A DNA stretch of 64,000 nucleotides from an uncultured Pseudomonadota bacterium (GTDB lineage: Bacteria > Oederibacteriota > Muellerivitia > Muellerivitales > Muellerivitaceae), in contig CAVYRH010000005.1 of assembly GCA_963770835.1 (NCBI GenBank), positions 32,001 through 96,000 on the forward strand, in the 5' to 3' direction. The notes beneath the pieces were generated by a model. It searched no databases, was not told the DNA's origin, and was given only the letters and a program-made list of their open reading frames with translations. A program made the position numbers and the translations under genes. The first letter of the stretch is position 1; each line of letters starts with the position of its first letter. Below, in pieces: positions 38,442 to 47,471 of the stretch.

Positions 38442-38888
38442 ATGGTTTCAGGAGTCAGCGGAAGTTCAAATTCGAATAGCAGCGGCGCCCTCACAAATGC
38501 GCTTGCCGCTACGTCGAATAACAACCAGTTCGTGTCCCAGAATACGTTTTTAACGCTTCTGATCACGCAACTACAGAACCAGGACCCGATGAACCCGCAG
38601 GACAGCAGCCAGTTTGTCACCCAGTTGGCGCAGTTTTCGTCACTGGAGCAAATGACGCAGCTCAACCAGAACTTCACCAGCGTTCTGGATAATTCAGCGG
38701 CGGGGCTGATCGGCCAGACAGTGACGGTGGCGGATCAGAGTTCGCAAAGCGGCTTCACGACCGGCCAAGTTTCCGGCATTGTTTATTTCGCCAATGGCCC
38801 GGCGGTCCAGATCAATGGAGTAAATTATCCATTGTCCGACGTCCAAAACGTCGGAACGGTTACCCCGAACGCGCCGACGGGTGGGTGA
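38442..38888 (+). CDS. flgD: Hook capping protein FlgD
   Basis: FLTLLITQLQNQDPMNP, QLAQFSSLEQM. Confidence 0.95.
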   Translation: MVSGVSGSSNSNSSGALTNALAATSNNNQFVSQNTFLTLLITQLQNQDPMNPQDSSQFVTQLAQFSSLEQMTQLNQNFTSVLDNSAAGLIGQTVTVADQSSQSGFTTGQVSGIVYFANGPAVQINGVNYPLSDVQNVGTVTPNAPTGG

Positions 38889-38937
38889 GGTGTTTTGCCT
38901 AGAATGCCTAGGCAGTTGAAAGGCGGGTGAAGACAAA

Positions 38938-39345
38938 GTGGTTCAGCAAGTTAACTTTAACGATCCCCTAAACACGGTTGAGAACGTCCAGAACCAGGCC
39001 CAGTTGCAGATTATGCAACAACAGGCCAGCCGGGCGGCTGAAGCCGTTCAACCTTTTGATTCGATACTGCAGTCGACGGTTGACAAAGGGAATGGTTTAA
39101 AGTTTTCGGCTCATGCCAAGGAGAGATTGGGCCTGAGAAACATCAATCTTTCGGCGGACGACTTGAACCGCATGAACGACGCGGTAAACAAGGCGGCCTC
39201 GAAAGGCGCCCAGCAGTCCCTGCTGGTGATGGACAACCAGGCTTTCATCGTGAGCGTGCCGAACCGCACCGTGATCACCGCGATGGATAGCGGTAGCATG
39301 AAAGAGAACGTCTTCACGAATATTGATAGCGCGGTGATTGTTTGA
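38938..39345 (+). CDS. TIGR02530-type flagellar operon protein
   Basis: LKFSAHAKERL, IVSVPNRTVITA, ENVFTNIDSAVI. Canonical position between flgD and flgE. Confidence 0.9.
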   Translation: MVQQVNFNDPLNTVENVQNQAQLQIMQQQASRAAEAVQPFDSILQSTVDKGNGLKFSAHAKERLGLRNINLSADDLNRMNDAVNKAASKGAQQSLLVMDNQAFIVSVPNRTVITAMDSGSMKENVFTNIDSAVIV

Positions 39346-39346
39346 C

Positions 39347-39373
39347 TCAAGTAAAAAAAGAATCGGCCGTTAG
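39347..39373 (+). promoter_or_regulatory. Putative sigma28 promoter of flgE
   Basis: TCAA(GT)-N15-GCCGTTAG. Confidence 0.7.
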
Positions 39374-39426
39374 GTATTTGGAGTTTTAAGCCGGTTCAAG
39401 TTGGATGATGAAGAGAAGTTGCAGTA

Positions 39427-39480
39427 CGGGCTGGACCTCCTCGAGGGAGCCCGAAATCCGGATGGGTTGATTGCCCGTCC
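39427..39480 (+). promoter_or_regulatory. Two-hairpin element in the flgE leader (candidate cis-regulatory RNA)
   Basis: H1 cgggct-GGA-cctc-ctc-gagg-G-agcccg (39427-39453); H2 ggatggg-ttgattg-cccgtcc (39460-39480). RBS AAGGAGGA at 39490-39497. Confidence 0.7.
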
Positions 39481-39502
39481 AAAACTCTGAAGGAGGAAGA
39501 CC

Positions 39503-41518
39503 ATGGGTCTTCGAGACATGTTTAGCGCGATTTCCGGGCTCCAAGCCAATAGCACTTGGCTTGACGTGATCGGAAACAATATTGCGAACGTTAATACGGT
39601 AGCCTACAAGGCCAGCCGGGTTGAGTTTTCAGACCAGTTCAGCCAGACGCTCAACGGTGGAACGGGGGACAACCCCTCGGTCGGCTTGGGTGGAACTGAT
39701 CCTGAGCAGATCGGGTTGGGGACGAGGGTAGCCTCCATCCAAACCCTCTTCACCGAGGGAACGCTTCAAAATACCGGTATTTCCACGGATATCGCCATCG
39801 TGGGGAACGGGTTTTTGGTGTCCAAGAGCGGTGACAACACTCTTTTAACCCGCGCCGGGAACCTGACATTCGACAGCAACGGAAATCTGGTGGATCAAAA
39901 CGGCGGCCTGATCCAGGGCTTGACTGCCAGTGTGCAATACACTAACAAGACTATCTTGACAGTCGCGGATGGCGCGCCGGCAGCCCCTGGTCTCCAGATT
40001 ACTTCGGCCAAGTTGGGGTTCACTACCACCAGCGCCGCCGCCGCCCAGAACATCAATATTCCCCGGGATATGACCGAGCCCCCGAATGCCACGACGATCG
40101 TCAATTTTTCGGGCAACCTGGATTCCTTTCTGCAGGCCACGGATGCAGCCGATGGTGGGATTCTTGACATCGGAAGCAACGCCGTTCCGGCCGCTGCGGG
40201 GGCTCCTCCCGAAGCATTGCCGCTTGCGGACGCGTCGGTCGTACTAAACGCCAACGTTTTCAACAAAATCGCAGATCCTAATAATCCCCTTGGCCAAGTT
40301 ATCCAACAAGTGGCGGATGCTGGCGTCGAGGGTGCCGTTGGGAACGCCGATGTCGCCGCAAAGGGAAATGATCCAAATGTGAATACGAACATTTGGACCT
40401 ACGCCATGACCCAGCCGCCGACAACGGGGCAAGACGCCTTGACCATTCGGACGGATGCCTTCAACGGAACGGCTAACTTTGCCTGGGACCAGCAGCCTCC
40501 CGTCAATCCGGCCCACCAGGTCGTGGAGCAGGTTTATGATTCCGAGGGCAATCCCCGCCAAGTCACCATCAATTTCTACCAAGTGAATGATTTGGGCGAC
40601 GGGGGAATCAATAACTCAGCCGGCCCCAACCAAGTGGCTTACGCTTGGTATGCTTTTGACACCACGGGTGGAGCGCAACCCAGCTCAGCGAATATCGTTG
40701 GGGGAACAGGCCTCATGGACAGTGATGCCAATGGGAACCATTATGACCGCGGGGTGACCGGTGACGAATTCTATGGTGACCTTCTCGTTTTTAACACCGA
40801 TGGGTCTCTGCTTTCCACCGGCGGTGGAGAAAATGTCGCGGGCGCTAATGGACAGTTCCTGCAAGCCATGCCGGATATTTATCTTCCGCCCATGAACAAC
40901 GCGGGGGCGCCGGCTGTTGCTGGGAACCCGCCGAATCCCGCGAATGGAATGGGTGGGCCTGCTTCCCCTATTCCGACCCAGGGTGCCCAAATCACCCAGA
41001 TCACGCTCAATTTCGGTACTGCCGGAATTTTGGGTCAGGGACAAAGGAACGGACTTTACAGCGATGCGGAAGGAAGCTACCAGATCGTCAACGGTGTCAA
41101 CACCTACGTGCCAAATTCCACGGCTTACGCCAAGAGTCAAGATGGTTTTGCGGAAGGAGTCTTGCAAAGCGTAAACTTTGACGCAACGGGAACCATCCAA
41201 GGCACTTTCTCCAACGGCCAGACTTCGGCCATTGGGCAGGTGATTATCGCCATGCCAAACAACCCCGATGGGTTGAACAGCGTGGGGAATAATTACTATC
41301 AGGCTTCGGCGAATTCCGGGGCCATGTTCGTTGGTTTCGCCGGGCAGGACGGCGTTGGGACCATCCAGGGCGACACGTTGGAGCTTTCCAACGTCGACCT
41401 GACCACGGAGCTTTCCAACATGATCATCGCGCAGAGGGGATTCGACGTTAACTCGCGTGTGATCGCTGTTGAGAACGCTAACCTGCAGGTCCTGAGCCAA
41501 TTGGGCCAGGGTGGCTGA
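39503..41518 (+). CDS. flgE: Flagellar hook protein FlgE
   Basis: AISGL...VIGNNIANVNT, TRAGNL, VYDSEGN, LELSNVDLTTEL...AQRGF. Confidence 0.96.
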   Translation: MGLRDMFSAISGLQANSTWLDVIGNNIANVNTVAYKASRVEFSDQFSQTLNGGTGDNPSVGLGGTDPEQIGLGTRVASIQTLFTEGTLQNTGISTDIAIVGNGFLVSKSGDNTLLTRAGNLTFDSNGNLVDQNGGLIQGLTASVQYTNKTILTVADGAPAAPGLQITSAKLGFTTTSAAAAQNINIPRDMTEPPNATTIVNFSGNLDSFLQATDAADGGILDIGSNAVPAAAGAPPEALPLADASVVLNANVFNKIADPNNPLGQVIQQVADAGVEGAVGNADVAAKGNDPNVNTNIWTYAMTQPPTTGQDALTIRTDAFNGTANFAWDQQPPVNPAHQVVEQVYDSEGNPRQVTINFYQVNDLGDGGINNSAGPNQVAYAWYAFDTTGGAQPSSANIVGGTGLMDSDANGNHYDRGVTGDEFYGDLLVFNTDGSLLSTGGGENVAGANGQFLQAMPDIYLPPMNNAGAPAVAGNPPNPANGMGGPASPIPTQGAQITQITLNFGTAGILGQGQRNGLYSDAEGSYQIVNGVNTYVPNSTAYAKSQDGFAEGVLQSVNFDATGTIQGTFSNGQTSAIGQVIIAMPNNPDGLNSVGNNYYQASANSGAMFVGFAGQDGVGTIQGDTLELSNVDLTTELSNMIIAQRGFDVNSRVIAVENANLQVLSQLGQGG

Positions 41519-41577
41519 GGTTAAAAGTTGAGTAAAAAGCTTGGGTTCGTTTTCAATGAAACCAAGCTTTGTAGGCA

Positions 41578-41612
41578 GGCGGCGCCCCTTCAAGGGGCGC
41601 CGTTTTTATTTT
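41578..41612 (+). terminator. Rho-independent terminator after flgE
   Basis: GC stem gcggcgcccct-tca-aggggcgccgt followed by ttttatttt. A second hairpin aaagcttgg...ccaagcttt lies at 41536-41570. Confidence 0.85.
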
Positions 41613-41703
41613 GTCCTGGTTAAATCCTGGTTGGGAAATCCTAATTACCCTTTTAATTAATAGCCGTTAGAATAGTAAGCGGACTTCTTGAAGGAGCGGG
41701 TTT

Positions 41704-42732
41704 ATGGGTAGGAACCTCATATTCATCATTGTCGCTGTGACCGTTTTGAGCTTCGGATGCGTTAAAAAGTCACCAACCTCGCCGGCATCAGGCCAATGGG
41801 CGGAAGCTACCGCCAAGGCTTTCTCCTCCGGCCGTTACGGCTTGGCGGGTGCTGTTTTCAACGGCCAAATGTGGGCTATTGGTGGGGCGAGTGGTCCCGT
41901 AACGACTTATTACAGCGATGTTTATTCTTCTAGCAATGGTTCCAACTGGGATAAGGTGACGGGGAACGCCCCCTTTGGAGGTCGTTATGGCAGCCAAGTC
42001 CTTTCCTACAATGGACAATTATGGCTTATCGGAGGGAACAACAGCGGATCATTAATGAATGACGTTTGGAACTCCACGGATGGAAGGACTTGGAACCAGG
42101 TTTTGGCTTCTTCTACCACTGTAAGCCTCACCCAATTTAGCCCGCGGGAGGATTTTGGGGCTATGGTTTACAACAACGCCATGTGGGTTATCGGTGGTTA
42201 CAGCCAAGGTTCCAGTAATAATGATGTTTGGAATTCGACAAATGGAGTTACTTGGAACAGGGTATTGGCCAGTGGGGCACCTAGTGTGACCCAATTTTCT
42301 CAGCGGTGGGGTATCGCCACGGCTGTTTACAATAACGCCATGTGGGTCATGACAGGGGCCTATTCTATCGCTTCCAATACCGATCCCACAACGGTTTACA
42401 GCGATGTTTGGACCTCGACAACCGGTTCCACTTGGACGAGGGTTTCCTTGGCAAATGTCTTCGATTCCATCTACTACAGTCAGGGAGCGGTTTTTAACAA
42501 CCAAGTTTGGCTTACGGGAGCTTATCTTGCGGGTTGGGGTGCTCGAAACATTGCGGATTACACTACCGACGGAATCAATTGGACCGCCACTTCGGGGTCC
42601 TTCCCCTATAGGTTTTATCATTTAAGCCTTTCCTACAACAATGCTTTGTGGGTGATTGCCGGTTGTGATGATGTTTGCCAAACCCCAAACTGCGCAGTGA
42701 CCTATTTGAACGATGTTTGGTATACCCAATGA
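41704..42732 (+). CDS. Putative lipoprotein with Kelch-like beta-propeller repeats
   Basis: Lipobox-like LSFGC; repeats of WxIGG...(N/S)DVWxSxxGxxW. Confidence 0.8.
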   Translation: MGRNLIFIIVAVTVLSFGCVKKSPTSPASGQWAEATAKAFSSGRYGLAGAVFNGQMWAIGGASGPVTTYYSDVYSSSNGSNWDKVTGNAPFGGRYGSQVLSYNGQLWLIGGNNSGSLMNDVWNSTDGRTWNQVLASSTTVSLTQFSPREDFGAMVYNNAMWVIGGYSQGSSNNDVWNSTNGVTWNRVLASGAPSVTQFSQRWGIATAVYNNAMWVMTGAYSIASNTDPTTVYSDVWTSTTGSTWTRVSLANVFDSIYYSQGAVFNNQVWLTGAYLAGWGARNIADYTTDGINWTATSGSFPYRFYHLSLSYNNALWVIAGCDDVCQTPNCAVTYLNDVWYTQ

Positions 42733-42810
42733 TTTTGCGGGAAGGGAAGAGCTAGGCCGGTGGAAACCCTTGCCTATCTTTATGATTGAAAAGAAACCGG
42801 AGGCAAGACG

Positions 42811-43005
42811 ATGATCCCCGTCACAAGGCTCAACGGCCAGGAAGTTTACGTCAACGCGGATTTGGTCCTCTTTTTGGAAAGCTCGCCCGAAACCATCATC
42901 ACCTTGCAAAATGGAAAAAAAATTACTGTTAAGGAAACCATTCCCCAGGTCATTGACCGGGTGGTCGAATTTAAATCCCGTTGTTATCCAAAAGCCTCTC
43001 CCTGA
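42811..43005 (+). CDS. flbD: Flagellar protein FlbD (SwrD family)
   Basis: MIPVTRLNG...VNADL...ESSPETIITL..GKKITVKE. RBS GGAGG. Confidence 0.93.
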   Translation: MIPVTRLNGQEVYVNADLVLFLESSPETIITLQNGKKITVKETIPQVIDRVVEFKSRCYPKASP

Positions 43006-43017
43006 ACTATTACCAGT

Positions 43018-43528
43018 CCCCGCTATTAGCACTTTTGAACTTTTCAAGATGTTCCCGGATTCGGAATCCGCAAGGATTCACATGGAAAAACGCCGTTGGC
43101 CAGAAGGCCTGGTTTGCTCTTTGTGCGAAGAATCCAAGCGTATTGCCGTTCGTAAGGGTGGTTATTACCGCTGTAATGCTTGCCTTAATGACTTCACCAT
43201 CCGCACTGGTTCCATTTTCGAGAGAAGCCATGTTCCCTTGCACAAGTGGTTATATGCCATGTATCTCCTGATGACGGCTCGTAAGGGAATTTCTTCAATG
43301 CAACTTTCCAAGGAAATTGGAGTTACTCAAAAGTCCGCTTGGTTCATGCTCGGTCGGATTCGTGAAGCTTGCGGAAATGATATGTCCAAACTAAGTGGCA
43401 CCGTTGAAATGGACGAAACCTTTGTCGGCGGTTTAGAGAAAAACAAACACATGTCCAAAAGAACCCCTGGAACCGAAGGGCGAAGCACTAAGACCAAAAC
43501 GGAAGTCCTCGGAATGCGGGAAAGTTAA
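43018..43528 (+). pseudogene. Truncated IS1595-family (ISXO2-like) transposase remnant
   Basis: Zn ribbon CSLC...YRCNAC, HTH KGISSMQLSKEIGVTQKSAW, first catalytic motif VEMDETFVGG. Stops before the rest of the DDE domain. No clear start codon or IRs. Confidence 0.85.
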
Positions 43529-43595
43529 ATTTAAATATATCCATAAACCCGTAGTTCCCAATGGTAAAACGACTTTCGGGGATGATTTGAAACGG

Positions 43596-43624
43596 TTGCA
43601 CGAATCGCCGTTCGAAGGGATAAT
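43596..43624 (+). promoter_or_regulatory. Putative sigma70 promoter
   Basis: TTGCAC-N17-GATAAT upstream of the Thr/Pro-rich protein gene. Confidence 0.5.
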
Positions 43625-43711
43625 ATGAAAGTCCTCAAGTAAATCCTTGGGCGGAGGACTATGCCGGTTCCTAAAATCGCTATTGGGCGCTAAGGATGAG
43701 AAAACAGATAA

Positions 43712-45241
43712 TTGGACTTTGATTTCCCTGGAGATTTGATGTTGTTAAAAAAGTCCGTCAAGTTAACGATTTTGTCATTTGCCTTTTACTCTGTTTTGCT
43801 ATCCGTTGCGCGCTTTAACCCTGCCTTTGCCTTATCCAACGATCCCCAACAGCATTTTTCATCCGCATCGACGAGTAGCTGGACTACCGCCTGCGGGGGT
43901 TGCGGTGCAACCGTGGTTTATGGCTTGGCCGTGGCATCGGCTCCACAGCCGGATTCCTCCGATTCCAGTCCTGCCAGCCAAGGTGAACTTCTTTCTAGCG
44001 CTTCCTGTCCCTCTTGCAGTGTCACCGAGACTTATCAAGATCCGGCGCCTACGATCACACCCACCGGTTCCAGTTACATTGAACTGGACGCTTATACTGT
44101 CGGCGTATCAAGACAATTCCAACTCATAGTAACCGACGTCAACGCCATCTCTGTGACCGTCACCAATAACGACATCATTGTGAATTGCCAGTCTCCCCCA
44201 GCCACAATCCAAGGCTCGACTCTTCCAAACCAATGGACTACCCTTTTTATCAACTTAGCGGGTTTGACCGGAGCTGTGAGCACGGTGAGCGCAATTATCC
44301 CCTCGGGACAAGCGAGCAATATGTTGAATGACCCCGTGTATTTTGACGACCTTCAAATGAACAATAACTTACCGTGTATTGTTCCTCCCACCGCTACCCC
44401 CACTGGAACGCCGACGAACACTTTGCCCCCCACCAACACACCCACCCCCACGGGCACCTTTACCAAGACCCCGTCCAACACCCCCACTTTATCTCCAACC
44501 CCTACGTTTACAAACACTCCCACTTTCACGCCCACACCGACTATCTCCGTCACACCCACCTCCACCCCCACCGTCACCTCCCCATTCACGGCCACTTCCA
44601 GCCCCACTAATACGGGGACCCAACCTCCCACTTCCACCCCCAGCAACACGGCGACCCCGGTACCGACCTCAACACCCACCAACACAGGCGTGCCCACAGG
44701 CACTCCCTCTTCAACGGCTAGCTTTACACCGACCGTTTCTCCAACGCGAACTTATACTTCGACCCCAACCTTCACACCTACTTTTTCGCCCACCATAACC
44801 AGCACCGCAACAAACACAGACACCCCCACCATCACCAACACGGCTGGGCCGACCTCCACCTTCACGCAAACACCCTGTCCGGTCGATGTATATCCAGATC
44901 CCATGGATTTCCAACATAGCCCCCCCTATAACAACATCGCCGATCCGTCCAACCCCAATGTTTCCTTAGGAAGTTGTCCGGCGGCCTGCCTTAAGTTTGG
45001 TTGCATTCCCTTAGGAGCTACCCTCAAAATCTATACGATTTCACTAGGAGGTCTTGTACGACAATTTTTACCGGGTGACCCGAACTTCCATCTATATTCC
45101 AATTTGAATACCGGATACATCACATGGGACGGCACCAATGGCGATGGGAACCCGGTTGCCGCTGGAATTTATCTCTACGTAGTGGAAGGCCCCAACGTCC
45201 GTACCTTCGGTAAGTTCGCCATTTCCCGTTCTGGAAATTAA
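43712..45241 (+). CDS. Secreted Cys-containing protein with Thr/Pro-rich stalk and FlgD-Ig/T9SS-like C-terminal domain (start may be ATG 43739)
   Basis: Signal peptide; CGGC and CPSC; TPT repeats; C-terminus LKIYTIS..GLVRQF...[22 protein letters not shown]...FGKFAISR. Confidence 0.8.
   Translation: MDFDFPGDLMLLKKSVKLTILSFAFYSVLLSVARFNPAFALSNDPQQHFSSASTSSWTTACGGCGATVVYGLAVASAPQPDSSDSSPASQGELLSSASCPSCSVTETYQDPAPTITPTGSSYIELDAYTVGVSRQFQLIVTDVNAISVTVTNNDIIVNCQSPPATIQGSTLPNQWTTLFINLAGLTGAVSTVSAIIPSGQASNMLNDPVYFDDLQMNNNLPCIVPPTATPTGTPTNTLPPTNTPTPTGTFTKTPSNTPTLSPTPTFTNTPTFTPTPTISVTPTSTPTVTSPFTATSSPTNTGTQPPTSTPSNTATPVPTSTPTNTGVPTGTPSSTASFTPTVSPTRTYTSTPTFTPTFSPTITSTATNTDTPTITNTAGPTSTFTQTPCPVDVYPDPMDFQHSPPYNNIADPSNPNVSLGSCPAACLKFGCIPLGATLKIYTISLGGLVRQFLPGDPNFHLYSNLNTGYITWDGTNGDGNPVAAGIYLYVVEGPNVRTFGKFAISRSGN
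44384..44875 (+). repeat. Low-complexity Thr-Pro coding repeat (about 160 aa)
   Basis: [22 protein letters not shown]... with AC-rich DNA. Confidence 0.9.
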
Positions 45242-45246
45242 GCATA

Positions 45247-46227
45247 ATGATAAGAAAATTTTTAAAACCCTTCCTCTTAGCCGGAATGCTCTTGACAGCG
45301 GGGGGCAACTCACCGGCTTCGGCACAAACCGCCAGTGGTGGCCAAGCCGCATTTGATTTCCTTAAAATATCGCCCATTTCCCGCGCGGTGGGGCTGGGTG
45401 GGGCCTACACCGCTATCGGGGATGATATTGGAGCTATCTACTACAATCCTGCTGGTTTGGCCGGCCTTTTGACCAGCGAAATGAACATCACGTATCTTTC
45501 CATTTACCAAGGCATTAATTACGAGTTCCTGGCTTTTGGCTATCCACTAGGAGAGTCCATGCCCGATATCGGGGGAACGGTGGCCGTCAGCGCGAGTCTT
45601 CTGCAGCCAGGAAGTTTGCCGAGAACTAATGACCAAGGACAAACGATCAACGGAACTGCGACTTTTGCCAGCGGTGACCAGGTTTTTTCCTTCGCTTATG
45701 CACGAAATTTAGGCCATTATCTACAAGGTGGGTTTTGCATTAATTACATCCAACAACAAATTGATACTGTTTCCAGCTCATTGTTCGACGCGGATGCGGG
45801 AGTCGTCATCCTGCCACCCTTTGACGGCATGCGGGTTGGGTTGTCGCTAAAGAATATGGGTGCCCAAGCAGCCGGATTCGATCTGCCTTTCACGCTCAAC
45901 ACTGGAATTTCCTACCGTCATTATGAATTATTCTCGGAGCAGGATGACGGGGCTTTGACCGCCGAAGTGGCTTTTCCCCTGGAGCCCATTGAAGATCCTG
46001 TGGGCGTTAAGGTGGGTGGGGAATATAATTACAAGTGGATGGGAAATCGGGCGACTTTGCGCGCTGGTTATGAATTTCTTGATACTTCCCTTAATGGGGT
46101 GGGGCTTACTTTGGGAGCGGGTTATGGGTTTGATTTTGGGGGTACGGTGCTGTTCCTGGATTACGCCTACGCACCCGAGGATATTTTTGGAAGCGACAAT
46201 CGTATATCACTGACCACCAAATTTTAA
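45247..46227 (+). CDS. PorV/PorQ family outer-membrane beta-barrel
   Basis: Signal peptide; FLKISPISRAVGLGGAYTAIGDDIGAIYYNPAGL; C-terminal RISLTTKF. Confidence 0.85.
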   Translation: MIRKFLKPFLLAGMLLTAGGNSPASAQTASGGQAAFDFLKISPISRAVGLGGAYTAIGDDIGAIYYNPAGLAGLLTSEMNITYLSIYQGINYEFLAFGYPLGESMPDIGGTVAVSASLLQPGSLPRTNDQGQTINGTATFASGDQVFSFAYARNLGHYLQGGFCINYIQQQIDTVSSSLFDADAGVVILPPFDGMRVGLSLKNMGAQAAGFDLPFTLNTGISYRHYELFSEQDDGALTAEVAFPLEPIEDPVGVKVGGEYNYKWMGNRATLRAGYEFLDTSLNGVGLTLGAGYGFDFGGTVLFLDYAYAPEDIFGSDNRISLTTKF

Positions 46228-46242
46228 GAGGAAAGCCGGCTT

Positions 46243-47280
46243 ATGTTCCCATCTTTTTCATTAAAAAAAATAATTCTAAGTTCGGTTTTGATGGCCTGTG
46301 TGGCTCCGGGCGCTTGGGCTCAAACCGTTGGAACAACAACGGCTGATATTTTGAAAATCAACGACGGTATCCGCCCAGCCGCAATGGGCGGTGCCTATAC
46401 AGCCATGGGGGATGACCTTTATTCCATCAATTACAATCCGGCTGGATTGAGCTACATTAAGGCGAGCCAAATCGTGGTTTTCCACCTCGACAGCTTAGCC
46501 GGCATACAGTATGAGTACTTGGCCTTCGGAACCGCCTGGGGTTCGGGAAATGTGCTGGCTGCGAATATTATCTACCGGCATATGGACCCCATCGATAATC
46601 AACCGGGAATACTAGGGGCTGTTAACGCGGACGACCTTTTAGGAAGCCTGTCTTATGCCTTGAAGGTCGGCGATAACCTTCGCCTCGGGGCCACCGCCAA
46701 GATTTTAAAAAGCGACCTGGCGTCTTTTTCCTCCACGGCTGTTGCCTTGGACTTGGGCGCGGTCATAGACCGGTTGCCCTACGGAATAAAGGCGGGGTTC
46801 GCAGTGCAAAACTTGGGCACTTCCATGACTTTTGACACAAACGCCCCCTCCGATTCTCTCCCGCTTTTCCTCCGGTTCGGAATCGGAACCCACCAAGTGT
46901 TTGAAGGCAACCGCGATCTCAATGTCGGAGTCGAGGTATTCAAGCCCTCAGACCAAGAAATCAAGTTGGGGATAGGCGCGGAATTCTGGCTGTTCCCAGA
47001 ACTATTCGCAGTTCGGGGCGGATATAAAATCGAGAACTTCTCCCCCTATGGCGGGTTTTTGGCGTCCCCTCCAGAAGGGCCCAATGCTCCCAACACTCCA
47101 GCGCCGAATATTGCAAACGCTTTTCAAAATTACACCCTTGGTTGTACCCTTACCCGCCGCATTGACGGTGATGATTTTTCCGTGGACATTGCTTATGACC
47201 CCGCTAATTTCACCTCGACGACTGAGGATACCTTTTTCTTCGGCCTCTATTTTAAATTCAACCAGTTGCGGATTTTTTAA
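46243..47280 (+). CDS. PorV/PorQ family outer-membrane beta-barrel
   Basis: Signal peptide; LKINDGIRPAAMGGAYTAMGDDLYSINYNPAGL; aromatic C-terminal strand. Confidence 0.85.
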   Translation: MFPSFSLKKIILSSVLMACVAPGAWAQTVGTTTADILKINDGIRPAAMGGAYTAMGDDLYSINYNPAGLSYIKASQIVVFHLDSLAGIQYEYLAFGTAWGSGNVLAANIIYRHMDPIDNQPGILGAVNADDLLGSLSYALKVGDNLRLGATAKILKSDLASFSSTAVALDLGAVIDRLPYGIKAGFAVQNLGTSMTFDTNAPSDSLPLFLRFGIGTHQVFEGNRDLNVGVEVFKPSDQEIKLGIGAEFWLFPELFAVRGGYKIENFSPYGGFLASPPEGPNAPNTPAPNIANAFQNYTLGCTLTRRIDGDDFSVDIAYDPANFTSTTEDTFFFGLYFKFNQLRIF

Positions 47281-47320
47281 AAAGCGACTTTCCGGATGTT
47301 GGCCAGAGTTGTTTCCGCGA

Positions 47321-47349
47321 TTGACAAGCGCCGGATGCCCTGATAATCT
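47321..47349 (+). promoter_or_regulatory. Putative sigma70 promoter of tRNA-Phe
   Basis: TTGACA-N17-TAATCT with an extended -10 TG. Confidence 0.6.
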
Positions 47350-47395
47350 TCAACCCCTGTTTTGCTCCCGGAAGTTCCAGCTTTTGATCCAGTGG

Positions 47396-47471
<76 letters not shown>

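Noticed and set aside
40685..41593. Long minus-strand ORFs (also 58765-59574, 59964-60782, 61112-62023)
   Set aside because: They are antisense shadows of well-supported + strand genes and carry no recognisable motifs.
42911..43017. Apparent flbD-overlapping start of the transposase ORF
   Set aside because: This is an alternative-frame read-through of flbD; transposase similarity begins only near 43025.
44353..44917. Pro-rich and Val/Gly-rich ORFs in other frames, and a possible CRISPR-like repeat
   Set aside because: These are shadows of the Thr/Pro coding repeat; there is no fixed-length repeat-spacer structure.
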